Source: Pseudomonadales bacterium
GTDB lineage: Bacteria > Pseudomonadota > Gammaproteobacteria > Pseudomonadales > JANQJO01
Direction: 5' to 3'
NCBI GenBank assembly: GCA_028281605.1
Contig: JANQJO010000100.1
Coordinates: 1-58,027, forward strand
Length of the DNA: 58,027 nucleotides
Shown: positions 31,409-42,038 of the stretch, one piece after another
How the letters are laid out: each line of letters opens with the position of its first letter
Numbering within the stretch: the stretch's first letter is position 1
Position numbers and translations under genes: made by a program
Notes under the pieces: model-generated
What the model saw: the letters and a program-made list of their open reading frames with translations, nothing else
Database searches by the model: none
What the model was told of the DNA's origin: nothing

Positions 31409-33124
31409 ATGGCACCAGCACCGAATGGAAATATATTAAGCGGACTGGCCAGACGGCTGGTAGAAGATGGCATTTTAGCTGAAGAAGACGCCCTGAAAAC
31501 ACAGGAAGAAGCCTCAAGCCAAAACCTACACTTTGTTTCACATCTTATTGAAAGCCAATTAGCCGACTCCAAAACCGTGGCTGTGGCCGCCAGTCATGAA
31601 TTTGGAATTCCAGTGATCTTAGTCGATGCCATAGATATTGAGGCGTTACCCAGAGATATTGTCTCTGAAAAACTGATCTTACAACACCGCGCTCTACCGT
31701 TATATAAGCGCGGTAATCGTTTATTTGTCGCTGTTTCTGACCCTTCCAATGTACTTGGTATTGATGAGATCAAGTTCAACACAGGTTTATCTACAGAGCC
31801 GGTTTTAGCAGAAGACGACAAGCTTACCAAATTAATTGAGAAATACCTTGAAGACGCCGATAAGTCATTGGATCTAGACGACTCCGAATTCGATGAACTG
31901 GATATTGACACTGAAGACCCCAATGCTCGCCAAGAAGATGACTCGGATGTCGCAGATGACGCCCCTATCGTTCGTTTTGTAAACAAAGTCTTATTGGATG
32001 CTATCAAGTTAGGGGCCTCAGACATTCATTTTGAGCCTTACGAAAAAGCCTATCGTGTACGCTTTCGCTACGATGGTATTCTCAAAGAAATCACACGTCC
32101 ACCGATTGCGATTTCTGGCAAAATTGCTGCTCGCCTAAAAGTGATGTCAAGCATGGATATATCCGAAAGACGTGTTCCACAAGACGGTAGAATTAAGCTT
32201 AAGCTATCAAAAAACCGCGCCATTGATTTTCGTGTTAACACCTTGCCAACATTATGGGGTGAAAAAATTTGTCTGCGAATTTTAGATCCCGACAGCGCCA
32301 AGCTAGGTATTGACTTACTAGGATATGAAGAGCATCAAAAAGCACTGTTTCTAGAGGCCCTAGCCCAACCTCAAGGCATGATCTTAGTCACAGGCCCTAC
32401 CGGTAGCGGCAAAACAGTATCACTTTACACGGGGTTAAACATTCTTAACACTCAGGAACGAAATATCTCAACCGCAGAAGACCCAGTAGAAATCAATTTA
32501 GAAGGAATCAATCAAGTCAATGTAAACAATAAGGTAGGGCTCAACTTCAGCTCAGCGCTACGAGCTTTTTTACGCCAAGACCCCGATGTGGTCATGGTTG
32601 GGGAAATTCGAGACCTGGAAACAGCTGAAATTGCCATCAAAGCTGCTCAGACAGGTCACTTAGTATTGTCTACACTTCATACTAATAGTGCACCGGAGAC
32701 ATTAACCCGACTGCGCAATATGGGCGTACCATCTTTTAACATTGCCACTTCGGTGTCTTTGATTATTGCCCAGCGTTTAGCAAGAAGGCTTTGCAGTCAT
32801 TGCAAAGCCCCAGCCAACATCCCCAAACAATCACTGCTTGAATTTGGGTTTGAACAAGAGGAACTGGATGACATTACCATTTATGAGCCTGTTGGCTGTG
32901 AAAAATGCAACAATGAAGGCTACAAGGGACGTGTTGGCATTTACGAAGTGGTTAAAGTGACTGAAGCCATTGCACGCATTATCATGGAAGACGGCAATTC
33001 AATCCAAATTGCAGACACATGTCGCAAAGAAGGATTCGAAGATTTAAGAGCGGCCGGTCTACAAAAAGCCCGCAGCGGAGTGACCAGCCTAGCAGAAGTA
33101 AACCGTGTTACCACAGGACATTAA
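31409..33124 (+). CDS. pilB: Type IV pilus assembly ATPase
   Basis: ASDIHFEP, GPTGSGKT, LRQDPDVVMVGEIRD and tetracysteine motifs. Confidence 0.96.
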   Translation: MAPAPNGNILSGLARRLVEDGILAEEDALKTQEEASSQNLHFVSHLIESQLADSKTVAVAASHEFGIPVILVDAIDIEALPRDIVSEKLILQHRALPLYKRGNRLFVAVSDPSNVLGIDEIKFNTGLSTEPVLAEDDKLTKLIEKYLEDADKSLDLDDSEFDELDIDTEDPNARQEDDSDVADDAPIVRFVNKVLLDAIKLGASDIHFEPYEKAYRVRFRYDGILKEITRPPIAISGKIAARLKVMSSMDISERRVPQDGRIKLKLSKNRAIDFRVNTLPTLWGEKICLRILDPDSAKLGIDLLGYEEHQKALFLEALAQPQGMILVTGPTGSGKTVSLYTGLNILNTQERNISTAEDPVEINLEGINQVNVNNKVGLNFSSALRAFLRQDPDVVMVGEIRDLETAEIAIKAAQTGHLVLSTLHTNSAPETLTRLRNMGVPSFNIATSVSLIIAQRLARRLCSHCKAPANIPKQSLLEFGFEQEELDDITIYEPVGCEKCNNEGYKGRVGIYEVVKVTEAIARIIMEDGNSIQIADTCRKEGFEDLRAAGLQKARSGVTSLAEVNRVTTGH

Positions 33125-33127
33125 TAC

Positions 33128-34393
33128 ATGACAGCTCAAGCACAAGCCAAAATGAAAAAAGGGATTAAAACCAGCCAAGTCTCTTCTAACAAACAACAAA
33201 TCTTTAGTTGGGAAGGCACTGACAAACGTGGCAACCGTACCTCAGGAGAAATTTCTGGAGTCAGTATTGCCCTAGCTAAAGCTGAACTCAGACGCCAGGG
33301 TGTGATCACTTCCAAAATCAAAAGAAAGCCCAAACCTTTATTTGGCACGGCCAACAAAAGAATTAACCCACTTGATATTGCCGTTTTCACCAGGCAACTA
33401 GCCACAATGATGAAAGCTGGTGTTCCCTTAGTGCAATCTTTTGATATCGTTGCTGATGGTTTAGAAAACCCTTCGATGAGCAAGTTGGTTCGAGACATCA
33501 AAACAGGCGTAGAATCTGGTAACAGTTTGGCTGCCTCATTGCGTAAATACCCTCAGCACTTTGACGATCTCTTTTGTTCTCTCGTGGCCTCTGGCGAACA
33601 ATCAGGTGCTTTGGAAAATATGCTCGATAGGGTTGCAACCTATAAAGAAAAAACTGAAGCGCTAAAGTCAAAAATCAAAAAAGCCATGAAGTATCCAGCC
33701 GCTGTTGTTGCAGTAGCCATCATCGTGACCGGTATCTTATTGGTCAAGGTGGTTCCTACTTTCCAAGAACTATTTCAAGGTTTTGGCGCCGATCTACCTG
33801 CCTTTACTCAATTTGTGATTGGTATTTCAGAATGGATGCAAAGCAGTTGGTTCATCATGGTTCTCGGTATTATAGGAGGTATGTTTGTCTTTAAAGAAGC
33901 TAAAAGGCGCTCGCAAACTTTCTCTGATGCACTCGATAAACTCTACTTAAAGTTGCCTGTTGTTGGTAATATCTTATACCAAGCCACAGTCGCACGTTTT
34001 GCCAGAACTTTATCAACTACCTTTGCTGCTGGTGTTCCCTTAGTGGATGCTTTAGACTCAGTGGCCAGCGCCACAGGTAACGTCGTTTACAAGAGAGCTG
34101 TCCATAAAATAAAAGATGACGTTTCTTCAGGCCAACAGTTGCAATTTAGTATGAAATCTACCAACGTTTTCCCCCCTATGGCTGTACAAATGGTTTCCAT
34201 TGGTGAAGAATCAGGTGCTTTAGATGCTATGTTAGATAAAGTAGCGTGTTACTATGAAGAAGAAGTGGACAACGCTGTTGATGGTTTAACCAGTTTAATG
34301 GAGCCTCTGATTATGGCCATTCTCGGTATTTTAGTCGGTGGTTTAATTACCGCAATGTATCTACCGATCTTCCAATTAGGTTCAGTGGTTTAA
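33128..34393 (+). CDS. pilC: Type IV pilus platform protein
   Basis: FTRQLATMMKAGVPL, GEQSGALE and GEESGALD repeats (T2SSF domains). Confidence 0.95.
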   Translation: MTAQAQAKMKKGIKTSQVSSNKQQIFSWEGTDKRGNRTSGEISGVSIALAKAELRRQGVITSKIKRKPKPLFGTANKRINPLDIAVFTRQLATMMKAGVPLVQSFDIVADGLENPSMSKLVRDIKTGVESGNSLAASLRKYPQHFDDLFCSLVASGEQSGALENMLDRVATYKEKTEALKSKIKKAMKYPAAVVAVAIIVTGILLVKVVPTFQELFQGFGADLPAFTQFVIGISEWMQSSWFIMVLGIIGGMFVFKEAKRRSQTFSDALDKLYLKLPVVGNILYQATVARFARTLSTTFAAGVPLVDALDSVASATGNVVYKRAVHKIKDDVSSGQQLQFSMKSTNVFPPMAVQMVSIGEESGALDAMLDKVACYYEEEVDNAVDGLTSLMEPLIMAILGILVGGLITAMYLPIFQLGSVV

Positions 34394-34447
34394 CCAGCTT
34401 TATATATATACCCAAGGAATGCACAAACACAATAGTGATCATCATCT

Positions 34448-35353
34448 ATGCTGGCTGACATGCTGCTGTTTTTATCAAACAATGCAGCAGCTTTTTACAC
34501 AGTAACCTTTATTTTTGGGCTGGTGGTAGGCAGTTTTCTCAATGTCGTCATTCACCGTATTCCTATCATGTTAGAACGTTCTTGGTATGAAAGCGCCAAA
34601 GCCTTTTTACTAGAAGAGAATGCCAACAACCAAATACAAGCAAGCAAATACGACAAACGAATCTTTAACTTACTTTATCCCAATTCATATTGCCCTCACT
34701 GCAAACAACCAGTCAAGGCTTGGCAAAACATTCCATTGATCAGCTACGGCCTATTACTAGGTAAATGCCAGCATTGCAAAACACCTATTTCTCTACGCTA
34801 CCCTCTAATTGAACTTATAGCTGCTCTACTCTGCCTGGCTATTACTTTACGCTTTGGTTTAACCCTCGAGTCTGCTTTAAGCTTAATGTTCACCTGGACT
34901 TTGTTATGTTTATCTGTGATTGATTACGATCACCATCTATTACCAGATCAATTGACCTTACCTTTACTCTGGGTGGGCTTATTGGCCAGTACACAATCTT
35001 TATTTACTACTCCCACAGATGCTATCTTAGGTGCCAGTTTGGGTTATCTAAGTTTATGGTCAGTCTATTGGATTTTCAAATTAATCACAGGAAAAGAAGG
35101 TATGGGATACGGAGATTTCAAATTACTTGCGGCACTAGGCGCATGGTGTGGCTGGCAAGCACTGCCCAGTATTATTGTCTGGTCTTCTTTAGTTGGCGCC
35201 ATCATTGGCATTGGCTTAGTTGTGTTATACAAACGTGACCGTAACAAACCTATTCCTTTTGGACCATATTTGGCTATAGCCGGTTGGCTATATTTTTATT
35301 TCGGGGACAATATCGATATTCAGCAGTGGATGCTGCTACCGGGCACATATTAA
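34448..35353 (+). CDS. pilD: Prepilin peptidase/N-methyltransferase
   Basis: GSFLNVVIHR, two CxxC pairs, GMGYGDFKL and PFGPYLA motifs. Confidence 0.96.
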   Translation: MLADMLLFLSNNAAAFYTVTFIFGLVVGSFLNVVIHRIPIMLERSWYESAKAFLLEENANNQIQASKYDKRIFNLLYPNSYCPHCKQPVKAWQNIPLISYGLLLGKCQHCKTPISLRYPLIELIAALLCLAITLRFGLTLESALSLMFTWTLLCLSVIDYDHHLLPDQLTLPLLWVGLLASTQSLFTTPTDAILGASLGYLSLWSVYWIFKLITGKEGMGYGDFKLLAALGAWCGWQALPSIIVWSSLVGAIIGIGLVVLYKRDRNKPIPFGPYLAIAGWLYFYFGDNIDIQQWMLLPGTY

Positions 35354-35452
35354 GGAACGAGCACGAAATAACTTTAGCATTTGTCGCTCCTGAACTCGCT
35401 TTGCTCAAACATGCATCTGCTCTAAATGTTAAAGTTATTTCGTACATGTTCC
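35354..35452 (-). mobile_element. Family 1 MITE-like element, copy F (99 bp)
   Basis: Same arm type and core as copy A; TAA direct repeat on both sides, the left one being the pilD stop codon. Confidence 0.88.
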
Positions 35453-35502
35453 TAAAATGTATATTCTTAATATGCATTGCCATCGGTGCTCACTAGCAGT
35501 AA

Positions 35503-35563
35503 TTTACCGTGCAAATGCAATTTTCATCACCTGGGGTGACGAAAATTACATCGCTCATGGCTG
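35503..35563 (-). mobile_element. Family 2 61-bp hairpin element, copy 2
   Basis: TTTACCGTGCAAATGCAATTTTCATCACCTGGGGTGACGAAAATTACATCGCTCATGGCTG followed by TTTC. Confidence 0.8.
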
Positions 35564-35935
35564 TTTCGATAGATAAGCGCATACCTAGCCTCTCTAAATA
35601 CATATTCTAAATGATACTTTGACGCCCAATGGAACGGAAAGTACCGGTAAGTGTATTATTTGACCACATAATAACAACAAATGTTCAATTGCTGTTATAG
35701 TATACTAAACCCTAAATAAACAAAAGTTAATATGTAATCTATTGATATTTAATAAGAGTTCCGAAAAATGACGATTAAAAGGAACAACCACCCTACCCTC
35801 TTTGAATGGCCGAAAACACGGTTATTATGTGCTGAATCGCCATTTTGTGAATCAAAGTGCTGCCAACTCATTAAGTGGCGTTGTTGATGGTGCGTAGATT
35901 AAATTCAAACCTGTTTAATTTATAACCTTTACATG

Positions 35936-35962
35936 GGTGCAATTCCGGTGCATAATTGAACC
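35936..35962. promoter_or_regulatory. Imperfect palindrome upstream of the TA pair (candidate antitoxin operator)
   Basis: GGTGCAATT-N9-AATTGAACC about 27 bp before the antitoxin ATG. Confidence 0.4.
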
Positions 35963-35988
35963 ATAATTAATGATGGGAGAATTGAGCC

Positions 35989-36240
35989 ATGTCTAGACCT
36001 AGACAAAGTATTACTTTTACTGAACCTAATGACGAATGGCTTGCAGCACAAGTGGACAGCTTGGAGTACAGTAGTAAAAGTGATGTCGTCAATGATTTGA
36101 TACGACGTGCACGCCAACAAGAAGAAGAAAAGGAAATGATTCGAGCTAAACTTGTCCGCGCAGAACAAAGTGGTTTAAGCAGTAGAACACCAGAACAAAT
36201 CCGTCAAGAGGCAAAGTTACGGTTAAAACCGAATGCCTAA
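35989..36240 (+). CDS. ParD-like ribbon-helix-helix antitoxin
   Basis: MSRPRQSITFTEPNDEWL...EYSSKSDVVNDLIRRAR; overlaps the toxin start. Confidence 0.85.
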   Translation: MSRPRQSITFTEPNDEWLAAQVDSLEYSSKSDVVNDLIRRARQQEEEKEMIRAKLVRAEQSGLSSRTPEQIRQEAKLRLKPNA

Positions 36241-36526
36241 ATATAAACTGCACATCACTAAAGAAGCTGATCAAGACCTCGATCGTATCTACGAAGAAGG
36301 ATTCACAACATGGGGAGAGCAGCAGGCAGATAACTATTACGATGATCTCCTAGCCCACTTTGATATCCTGTGTGAAAATCCTTATCTATTTCGCGCAGTA
36401 GACGAGATCAGAAAAGGCTACCGGCGTAGTGTTTGTGGCAAACATTCGGTCTATTACCGTATCGTCAGTGATACTCTTGAAGTTATGGGACTCATTAAAT
36501 ATGAGAATCGGTACGGTAATGGTTAA
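36233..36526 (+). CDS. RelE/ParE family toxin
   Basis: EADQDLDRIY..G..TWGEQQAD.Y and IRKGYRRSVCGKHSVYYR motifs. Confidence 0.88.
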   Translation: MPKYKLHITKEADQDLDRIYEEGFTTWGEQQADNYYDDLLAHFDILCENPYLFRAVDEIRKGYRRSVCGKHSVYYRIVSDTLEVMGLIKYENRYGNG

Positions 36527-36679
36527 GTAACCGGACATCATGGGTAATAATAATCTCTTTATTATAACTTCAAGCCTTCTATTCATTACATACCACTCAC
36601 CTATAGTTTCGCGCCAGCGACTACATAAGTAACAGTGATACAGCAGGCGACAGCGCATCAAGCATACGAGAGAGACAAA

Positions 36680-37864
36680 TCACGGGAACATTAACTCTGC
36701 AGCGAACTGCTCAAACGGTATGACTCGTACATGACGATTCGCATCACCATAGTTTTTTGACCCAAGATGAACCTGATAAAATTTCACAATAGGTGTTCTC
36801 TCACGAAAATATCGACAATGGGGAGAAATATCGCTGTCGGAAACTTTACACTCCACAGCAAACTCAGGGACATCATCTCTGAGCACCACAAAGTCCACCT
36901 CTCGACCATCACGATCTCTAATAAACTGAAGCTGCATAGAAAAACCTTCTGTATCCTCCAAAAAATGACAATATTTCAAAAGTTGCGCTGCAACTAAATT
37001 TTCAAACTTAGCACCTGGATCTTTAATAGCAGTCCAATCCCACAAATACAGTTTTTGTTCCTTCTTTACAGCTCTAATATTCTTACTGCCAAAGGGGGAG
37101 ATTCTAAAGGTAAGGTATAAATTATCAAAAATAGCCAGCCACCTTCTGATTGAATCATGAGAAACTTGCAAATCTTCCCGCAAAGATTGCAATGACAAAG
37201 GCGATCCTACACGCTCAGGCAAAGCAGCCAGCAAAATTTTCAACAAACTGACCTCTTGGACTCTCTCAAGGTCTCGCAAGTCCTCATCTAAAATACGGGT
37301 GATTCGATCATTACGCCAACGCCTTAACCCGCGAGCCGTGCCCACATACAGCGGCTCTGGAAAACCACCAAACTCAAGCAAATCATTTAATTGTTCTCGG
37401 CTAGGCGACTGATTCAACTCCATGATTGAATAAGGATGAAGGCGATAATAGTGATATCTCCCCAAAAGAGAGTCACCGCCTTTTCGATAGTAATCTAATC
37501 GTGCAGATCCTGTTATGAGTAGCTGCTTCTCAGGGTAATATTGATCATAAAAGCCTTTAGCTAACCCACGCCATTTAGCATATTTATGCACCTCATCCAA
37601 CACGATTCGAGGAAATTGAGTGGGAAGTTCATTTTTTATAATTTGCATTTGGTGATCTGCAATGTCCCAATTCAGATAACTCTTTGGCTTACTGCCTTTT
37701 TCGTAACCCAAAAGAGTGAGTGCTAATGTGGTTTTTCCAACTTGCCTTGGCCCACCCACAAATACCATTTTTCTTTCCAGATCTTTTGCAATAAAAGGAG
37801 ATAGATATCTGTTTTTATTAATATTCATAAGCATTTCAGCCGTGTCAAAATTCACCCATACCAA
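36680..37864 (-). CDS. AAA+ ATPase with DUF4143 domain
   Basis: GPRQVGKTT, LDEVHK, ITGSA, SLLGR, KLYLWD, FENLV and EVDFV..AVECK motifs. True start probably at 37834 or 37828. Confidence 0.88.
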   Translation of the reverse strand: MVWVNFDTAEMLMNINKNRYLSPFIAKDLERKMVFVGGPRQVGKTTLALTLLGYEKGSKPKSYLNWDIADHQMQIIKNELPTQFPRIVLDEVHKYAKWRGLAKGFYDQYYPEKQLLITGSARLDYYRKGGDSLLGRYHYYRLHPYSIMELNQSPSREQLNDLLEFGGFPEPLYVGTARGLRRWRNDRITRILDEDLRDLERVQEVSLLKILLAALPERVGSPLSLQSLREDLQVSHDSIRRWLAIFDNLYLTFRISPFGSKNIRAVKKEQKLYLWDWTAIKDPGAKFENLVAAQLLKYCHFLEDTEGFSMQLQFIRDRDGREVDFVVLRDDVPEFAVECKVSDSDISPHCRYFRERTPIVKFYQVHLGSKNYGDANRHVRVIPFEQFAAELMFP

Positions 37865-37948
37865 AAAATAGTCATGACTAAACTAGATTATGACTAAAAT
37901 TAGCCAATCTATCAAGAACTGAGCAAATCATAAACTATGACAAAGCCT

Positions 37949-40900
37949 TCACAACTGTTCAGGACAATTAAACCCAGCCAGCTTATTCGTTTTAAACATT
38001 TCAAATGGATTGTGAACACTCAAAGCTGTTAAATACAGCTTAACGACACGTGCTTCAACCTGCAAATCCACACTAAACTGTTCGGCACTTTCACCTGGTC
38101 TGAAAGCTGCTTTCTGAAAAAAATGAAACAAAGCCCATGGCCCCTCTTTTACCTGCAAAGTAACAGACTTGTTATCAAGTAAATTCAACTTCAACACAAT
38201 ACCCAGCTCTGGCTTTTGTCCAGGCCAAGTCAATGAATACATTCTCGGCGCGCTGTGATCGTATTGAATCACTTGCCCCTCTATATTCATCCAAAGACTG
38301 CCTATATCTTTATCCATTTTTAAAGGCGTCAACCTAAAGCTCACACTGGCTTGCCCTTCATTAAAAGGAAAAAAAGCACGTCTAATCTCTTGCGCTTGTT
38401 GAAAAAATGCCAGGGCATTCTCAGATAAGTTAAGCCCATCTTTAGCAGCAGAGGCTTTATTACTCCAAGGATCAAAAGCTGTCTCCACATAGGAAATCAA
38501 ATATTCATTAAAAAAACTGTTAAGCATTCCTGAATAAGAAAAAAATTGATTAAAATCGTTAAGCTGCACATAGTTTTTACTGTTCTTTACAAAAGGATAG
38601 CGGCCCATTACTGTACCTTTACAAAACCGTAACGACTCTGCTTGCCACTGTGTATTAATCTGCGCAAGCCTGCCACTGTTAGCAATCGCTACTGTTCGTT
38701 CAGACAAGGAGTCTAATAACCCTTTGACAAAAGCCGGTGCCTCATCGCTTCCCAACTTTAATTGAGTCGCTAAATGCTCACCTTCTCTTACAATGGGTTC
38801 TGGAATGCTCGTACCCGCTCCCTTTTCAAGTAAAACTCTATCAAAATACTTTTGTAATTCTCCAAACGACCCTAACAACGTATCCAACTGTGCTGGCTGA
38901 TCTTGATCATTTTGAACAAAACTATCTAAGTCCATAAAGTTACGACTAACACCTTCATGAAATCTTTGTACAGGCTGAGTTGGATAATACTCATCAATTG
39001 TATCGTAACTTAATACACCTTCTGCCCACTTATCAAAACTGGTCAGTTGAGTTTCATTTCGTACAGCCTTTAAGAGTTTAAGCAAAGGAGAATTTTCTGT
39101 ATCAGAAACCAATGCCAACATCTCTTTAGCTTGCTGTGGATTAGTCACAGGTGCTAACACCGTATCTTCTAGTAAGCTTCTATAATTATTTACATACTCT
39201 TTGAAATAAAGCTTCTCAAGCTCAACAAAAGCTTGCTGATAAACAGATTCTTTTGAAAAAAGACTTGTATCATATAAAACCCACTGTCTCTCTTTCAATA
39301 GCTCACGCACCTGACCCGGAGCTTCTGAGAAAAAAAGACGATAGCCTTTCTTTTGTGAAAATAATGCGGAAATACCTTGTCTTAAACTCGCACCACTTTG
39401 TCTCACAAACACTTTGGTCGCATCCAACTCTCCTGCCACTGAATAAACTGAAAACTCAGGTACACTCATATGCTTTAACTGGTGTTCTAAGTTTTTCTTA
39501 ACATGCCCATAAAGCCATTGTTCATCAGTCTCATCATTCAGCAAACCCGTACGTATTTGTTCAATTAAAGTATCGTTTATATGTACAATAGGCCGACGAG
39601 CACTATAAGCAACACTCAAACGTTTTAAATCTTGTTCAGACATAAGCTGGCTTACACGGCTAGAGTTCTGAAAAAAATTCAATATGAAATTTGCATCGTA
39701 ATACTGATTTAAACCAAGCATTAAATAAGCCTTTAAAGCTTCATAACGTGCCTGTACGGTTATTTGTTCATCTTGTAAATGATCTTCTAAATACCGCTTT
39801 ACCTGGGGAAGTTTAAAATAAAACAACAAGTTTTCATAAAAATACTGTACTGCATCAGCAAGCTTATTGTATTGAGCAGGGTGCCAAGCACGAGCAAGAC
39901 CGTTACCTGCTTGCGTTGCTTCAAGGTCAGTCAACTGAAGGTTTACTGATCGCAGCCAAGCAACAACATCCTGCTCTGAACTGTTTGATTTTTCTGAAAA
40001 ATGCAACCATTCAGATTTAGAACTTTCGACCCATCGATCAAATTGCTCAATACGCTCTACCTGAGAAAGATAATGCCATATCCACACACACACACTCAAA
40101 CAAGAGATACTCAAAAATACAGCACAAGCACCATAACGCAACCGATGCCTATGGCGCTCGAGCCTAGGGTTTACTCCCACTAACCCCGCTTCTTTAAAAA
40201 TGACTTTTTTATATAAGTCATGTATAAAATAGCTTTTGTTAAATGCCTCCAGTGAAGTACATTTCGTTTGAGCAAACTCAGAACGTACAGGGGCCTGTTC
40301 GATGAACCGATCAAAAGATGTAGCTTCTTGAGTCGAGCTAATAAAATAAACACCTCTTAAAGATAATTCAGTCGCATCTTTCACACCCTTCTCATTAACC
40401 TCATTAACAAAAATATCTCGTAAAAAGCGATTCAGCTTGACTTTATGCACAGCCAATTGCTGTGGAAAACCGAAAATCTTACTTCGTTTTTTTTCATCAG
40501 GCTCATCATGTAAACGTGTACAAGTGCATTGATTTAAACGCTCAATGAGTAAATCAAACTCTCTGCTAAAAGCCTGTACGGCTAACTCTGTCTCTTGCTC
40601 TTTACCAGCCTGATTAAACGTTACACCCCACACCTGTTGTCTTTGCTCAGCACTTAAATTCTCAAAAAATTCGACGAAACCAAACAGCAAATCCAATTTA
40701 GTGACTAATACATACACGGGCAAATGCGTACCAAAGGAGTATCTAAGTTCTTGCATACGCTGCTTAATTTCATAGGCCTGCTTTAAACGTTCAGCCTGCG
40801 ACACATTGACTATATCCATAATATTAACAGTCAGCACCACACCATTAATGGGACGTCGACGCCTATGTTTACGTAACAACTTTATCAAATACAACCATTC

Positions 40901-41485
40901 TTTTTTATCTGTTTGTTGATCACGATCTTGTAAAACATAACGCCCAGCCGTATCAATCAAAACCCCACCTTGAGCAAACCACCAATCGCAGTAAAGCGTG
41001 CTGTCCACGGCTTCCGATACCGCCGTGCTGCAACGTCTCTCAAGTGGAAACTCAAGACCACTATTCATTAAAGCCGTAGTTTTACCAGAGCCAGTTCGAC
41101 CAATCACAAGGTACCAGGGTACATCATAAAGGCTTTTGTTTTTAAACAGGCTAGGTTTCAAAGCACGAATACCTGCTTCAAAGTGAGAGGTCATGGTTTT
41201 AATCCCTGGACTGTGTGCATCCCCTCTCAAAAACGCTTGCAACCATTGTAATAGATGACGCCCACCAGCAAGCTCACTAAGCCTACGCCAAAAATTTGGT
41301 AAAAATAATGAAAGACCAACAATCAAAACCAGCACCGCTCGTGCGACGAAAGATTTTAGCGGTTCATACTCACCAAAAGAAAAGTAAGGGCCTGCCAGCA
41401 AAATAAATAACGCTAACAACAAAAAGCCCAGTGTTTTAAAAAACCAGGGATTAATAAAAATAGCCAGTGTTTTTTTTAACATCAC
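37949..41485 (-). CDS. tssM: Type VI secretion membrane subunit TssM/IcmF
   Basis: N-terminal TMs; PWYLVIG.TGSGKTT, CDWWF, DTAGRY, PINGV, TKLDLL.GF, RGVYF and GPWALF motifs. Confidence 0.9.
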   Translation of the reverse strand: MMLKKTLAIFINPWFFKTLGFLLLALFILLAGPYFSFGEYEPLKSFVARAVLVLIVGLSLFLPNFWRRLSELAGGRHLLQWLQAFLRGDAHSPGIKTMTSHFEAGIRALKPSLFKNKSLYDVPWYLVIGRTGSGKTTALMNSGLEFPLERRCSTAVSEAVDSTLYCDWWFAQGGVLIDTAGRYVLQDRDQQTDKKEWLYLIKLLRKHRRRRPINGVVLTVNIMDIVNVSQAERLKQAYEIKQRMQELRYSFGTHLPVYVLVTKLDLLFGFVEFFENLSAEQRQQVWGVTFNQAGKEQETELAVQAFSREFDLLIERLNQCTCTRLHDEPDEKKRSKIFGFPQQLAVHKVKLNRFLRDIFVNEVNEKGVKDATELSLRGVYFISSTQEATSFDRFIEQAPVRSEFAQTKCTSLEAFNKSYFIHDLYKKVIFKEAGLVGVNPRLERHRHRLRYGACAVFLSISCLSVCVWIWHYLSQVERIEQFDRWVESSKSEWLHFSEKSNSSEQDVVAWLRSVNLQLTDLEATQAGNGLARAWHPAQYNKLADAVQYFYENLLFYFKLPQVKRYLEDHLQDEQITVQARYEALKAYLMLGLNQYYDANFILNFFQNSSRVSQLMSEQDLKRLSVAYSARRPIVHINDTLIEQIRTGLLNDETDEQWLYGHVKKNLEHQLKHMSVPEFSVYSVAGELDATKVFVRQSGASLRQGISALFSQKKGYRLFFSEAPGQVRELLKERQWVLYDTSLFSKESVYQQAFVELEKLYFKEYVNNYRSLLEDTVLAPVTNPQQAKEMLALVSDTENSPLLKLLKAVRNETQLTSFDKWAEGVLSYDTIDEYYPTQPVQRFHEGVSRNFMDLDSFVQNDQDQPAQLDTLLGSFGELQKYFDRVLLEKGAGTSIPEPIVREGEHLATQLKLGSDEAPAFVKGLLDSLSERTVAIANSGRLAQINTQWQAESLRFCKGTVMGRYPFVKNSKNYVQLNDFNQFFSYSGMLNSFFNEYLISYVETAFDPWSNKASAAKDGLNLSENALAFFQQAQEIRRAFFPFNEGQASVSFRLTPLKMDKDIGSLWMNIEGQVIQYDHSAPRMYSLTWPGQKPELGIVLKLNLLDNKSVTLQVKEGPWALFHFFQKAAFRPGESAEQFSVDLQVEARVVKLYLTALSVHNPFEMFKTNKLAGFNCPEQL

Positions 41486-41554
41486 GTTTTAATATCACGT
41501 TCCAAGAGCGTGCATAGCAGTATACGTCGACGCACAGAAGTGTGTAATATCATT

Positions 41555-41977
41555 TCAGATATCAAAGCCCGCTTCCGACAGAATGTTTGATATCATATAA
41601 ACTATCATCTCAGCATCAGCGTTTATACTTTCATCAACACCGTCAATATCCGGATAATCTTTAATTACAAGCTCACAAATTTTTGATGCGAATCCATTCA
41701 GTAAGATAGCTTCTTCCTCAGACGACACCATAACTTCAGTGGCACTACCTTTTGATACGATTTCGTACACTTTTAGATCATATTCTTCGGACAAGGACAA
41801 AAATGCGCTCTTTTGTTCTTTTGTCATAGGATCATATGTAATCTCTTTTCCTGGTCTAAGAGGATTTTGCGGGTTTTTTCTGGAGTTCGCCGTGCGAATA
41901 ACACTACCCTTTAGCTCCTTCTCTATGAGTTCAAGTTCTTGCTCAAATATGAGCAATGACTCATTACTATGATACAT
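41555..41977 (-). CDS. Hypothetical acidic protein
   Basis: 140-aa ORF between cpoB and tssM; no recognisable motif. Confidence 0.55.
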   Translation of the reverse strand: MYHSNESLLIFEQELELIEKELKGSVIRTANSRKNPQNPLRPGKEITYDPMTKEQKSAFLSLSEEYDLKVYEIVSKGSATEVMVSSEEEAILLNGFASKICELVIKDYPDIDGVDESINADAEMIVYMISNILSEAGFDI

Positions 41978-42038
41978 ATTTTCTTAATTTCCCCGACAGT
42001 AATTTTCACATAACAATTGTATTGTTTTACAAACGTTT

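Noticed and set aside
4999-35452. Homologous recombination between family 1 copies as the cause of operon break-up
   Set aside because: Junction copies B and F keep matching target duplications, which inter-copy recombination would scramble. The only mismatched copy (A) lies inside an intact operon.
35945-35975. dif/pdif-like site (GGTGCATAA) before the TA pair
   Set aside because: The XerD arm (TTATGTTAAAT) is not matched; better explained as an operator palindrome.
41978-42038. GTTATGT upstream of the 140-aa orphan as an integron cassette core site
   Set aside because: No complementary inverse core site or attC hairpin after the stop codon.
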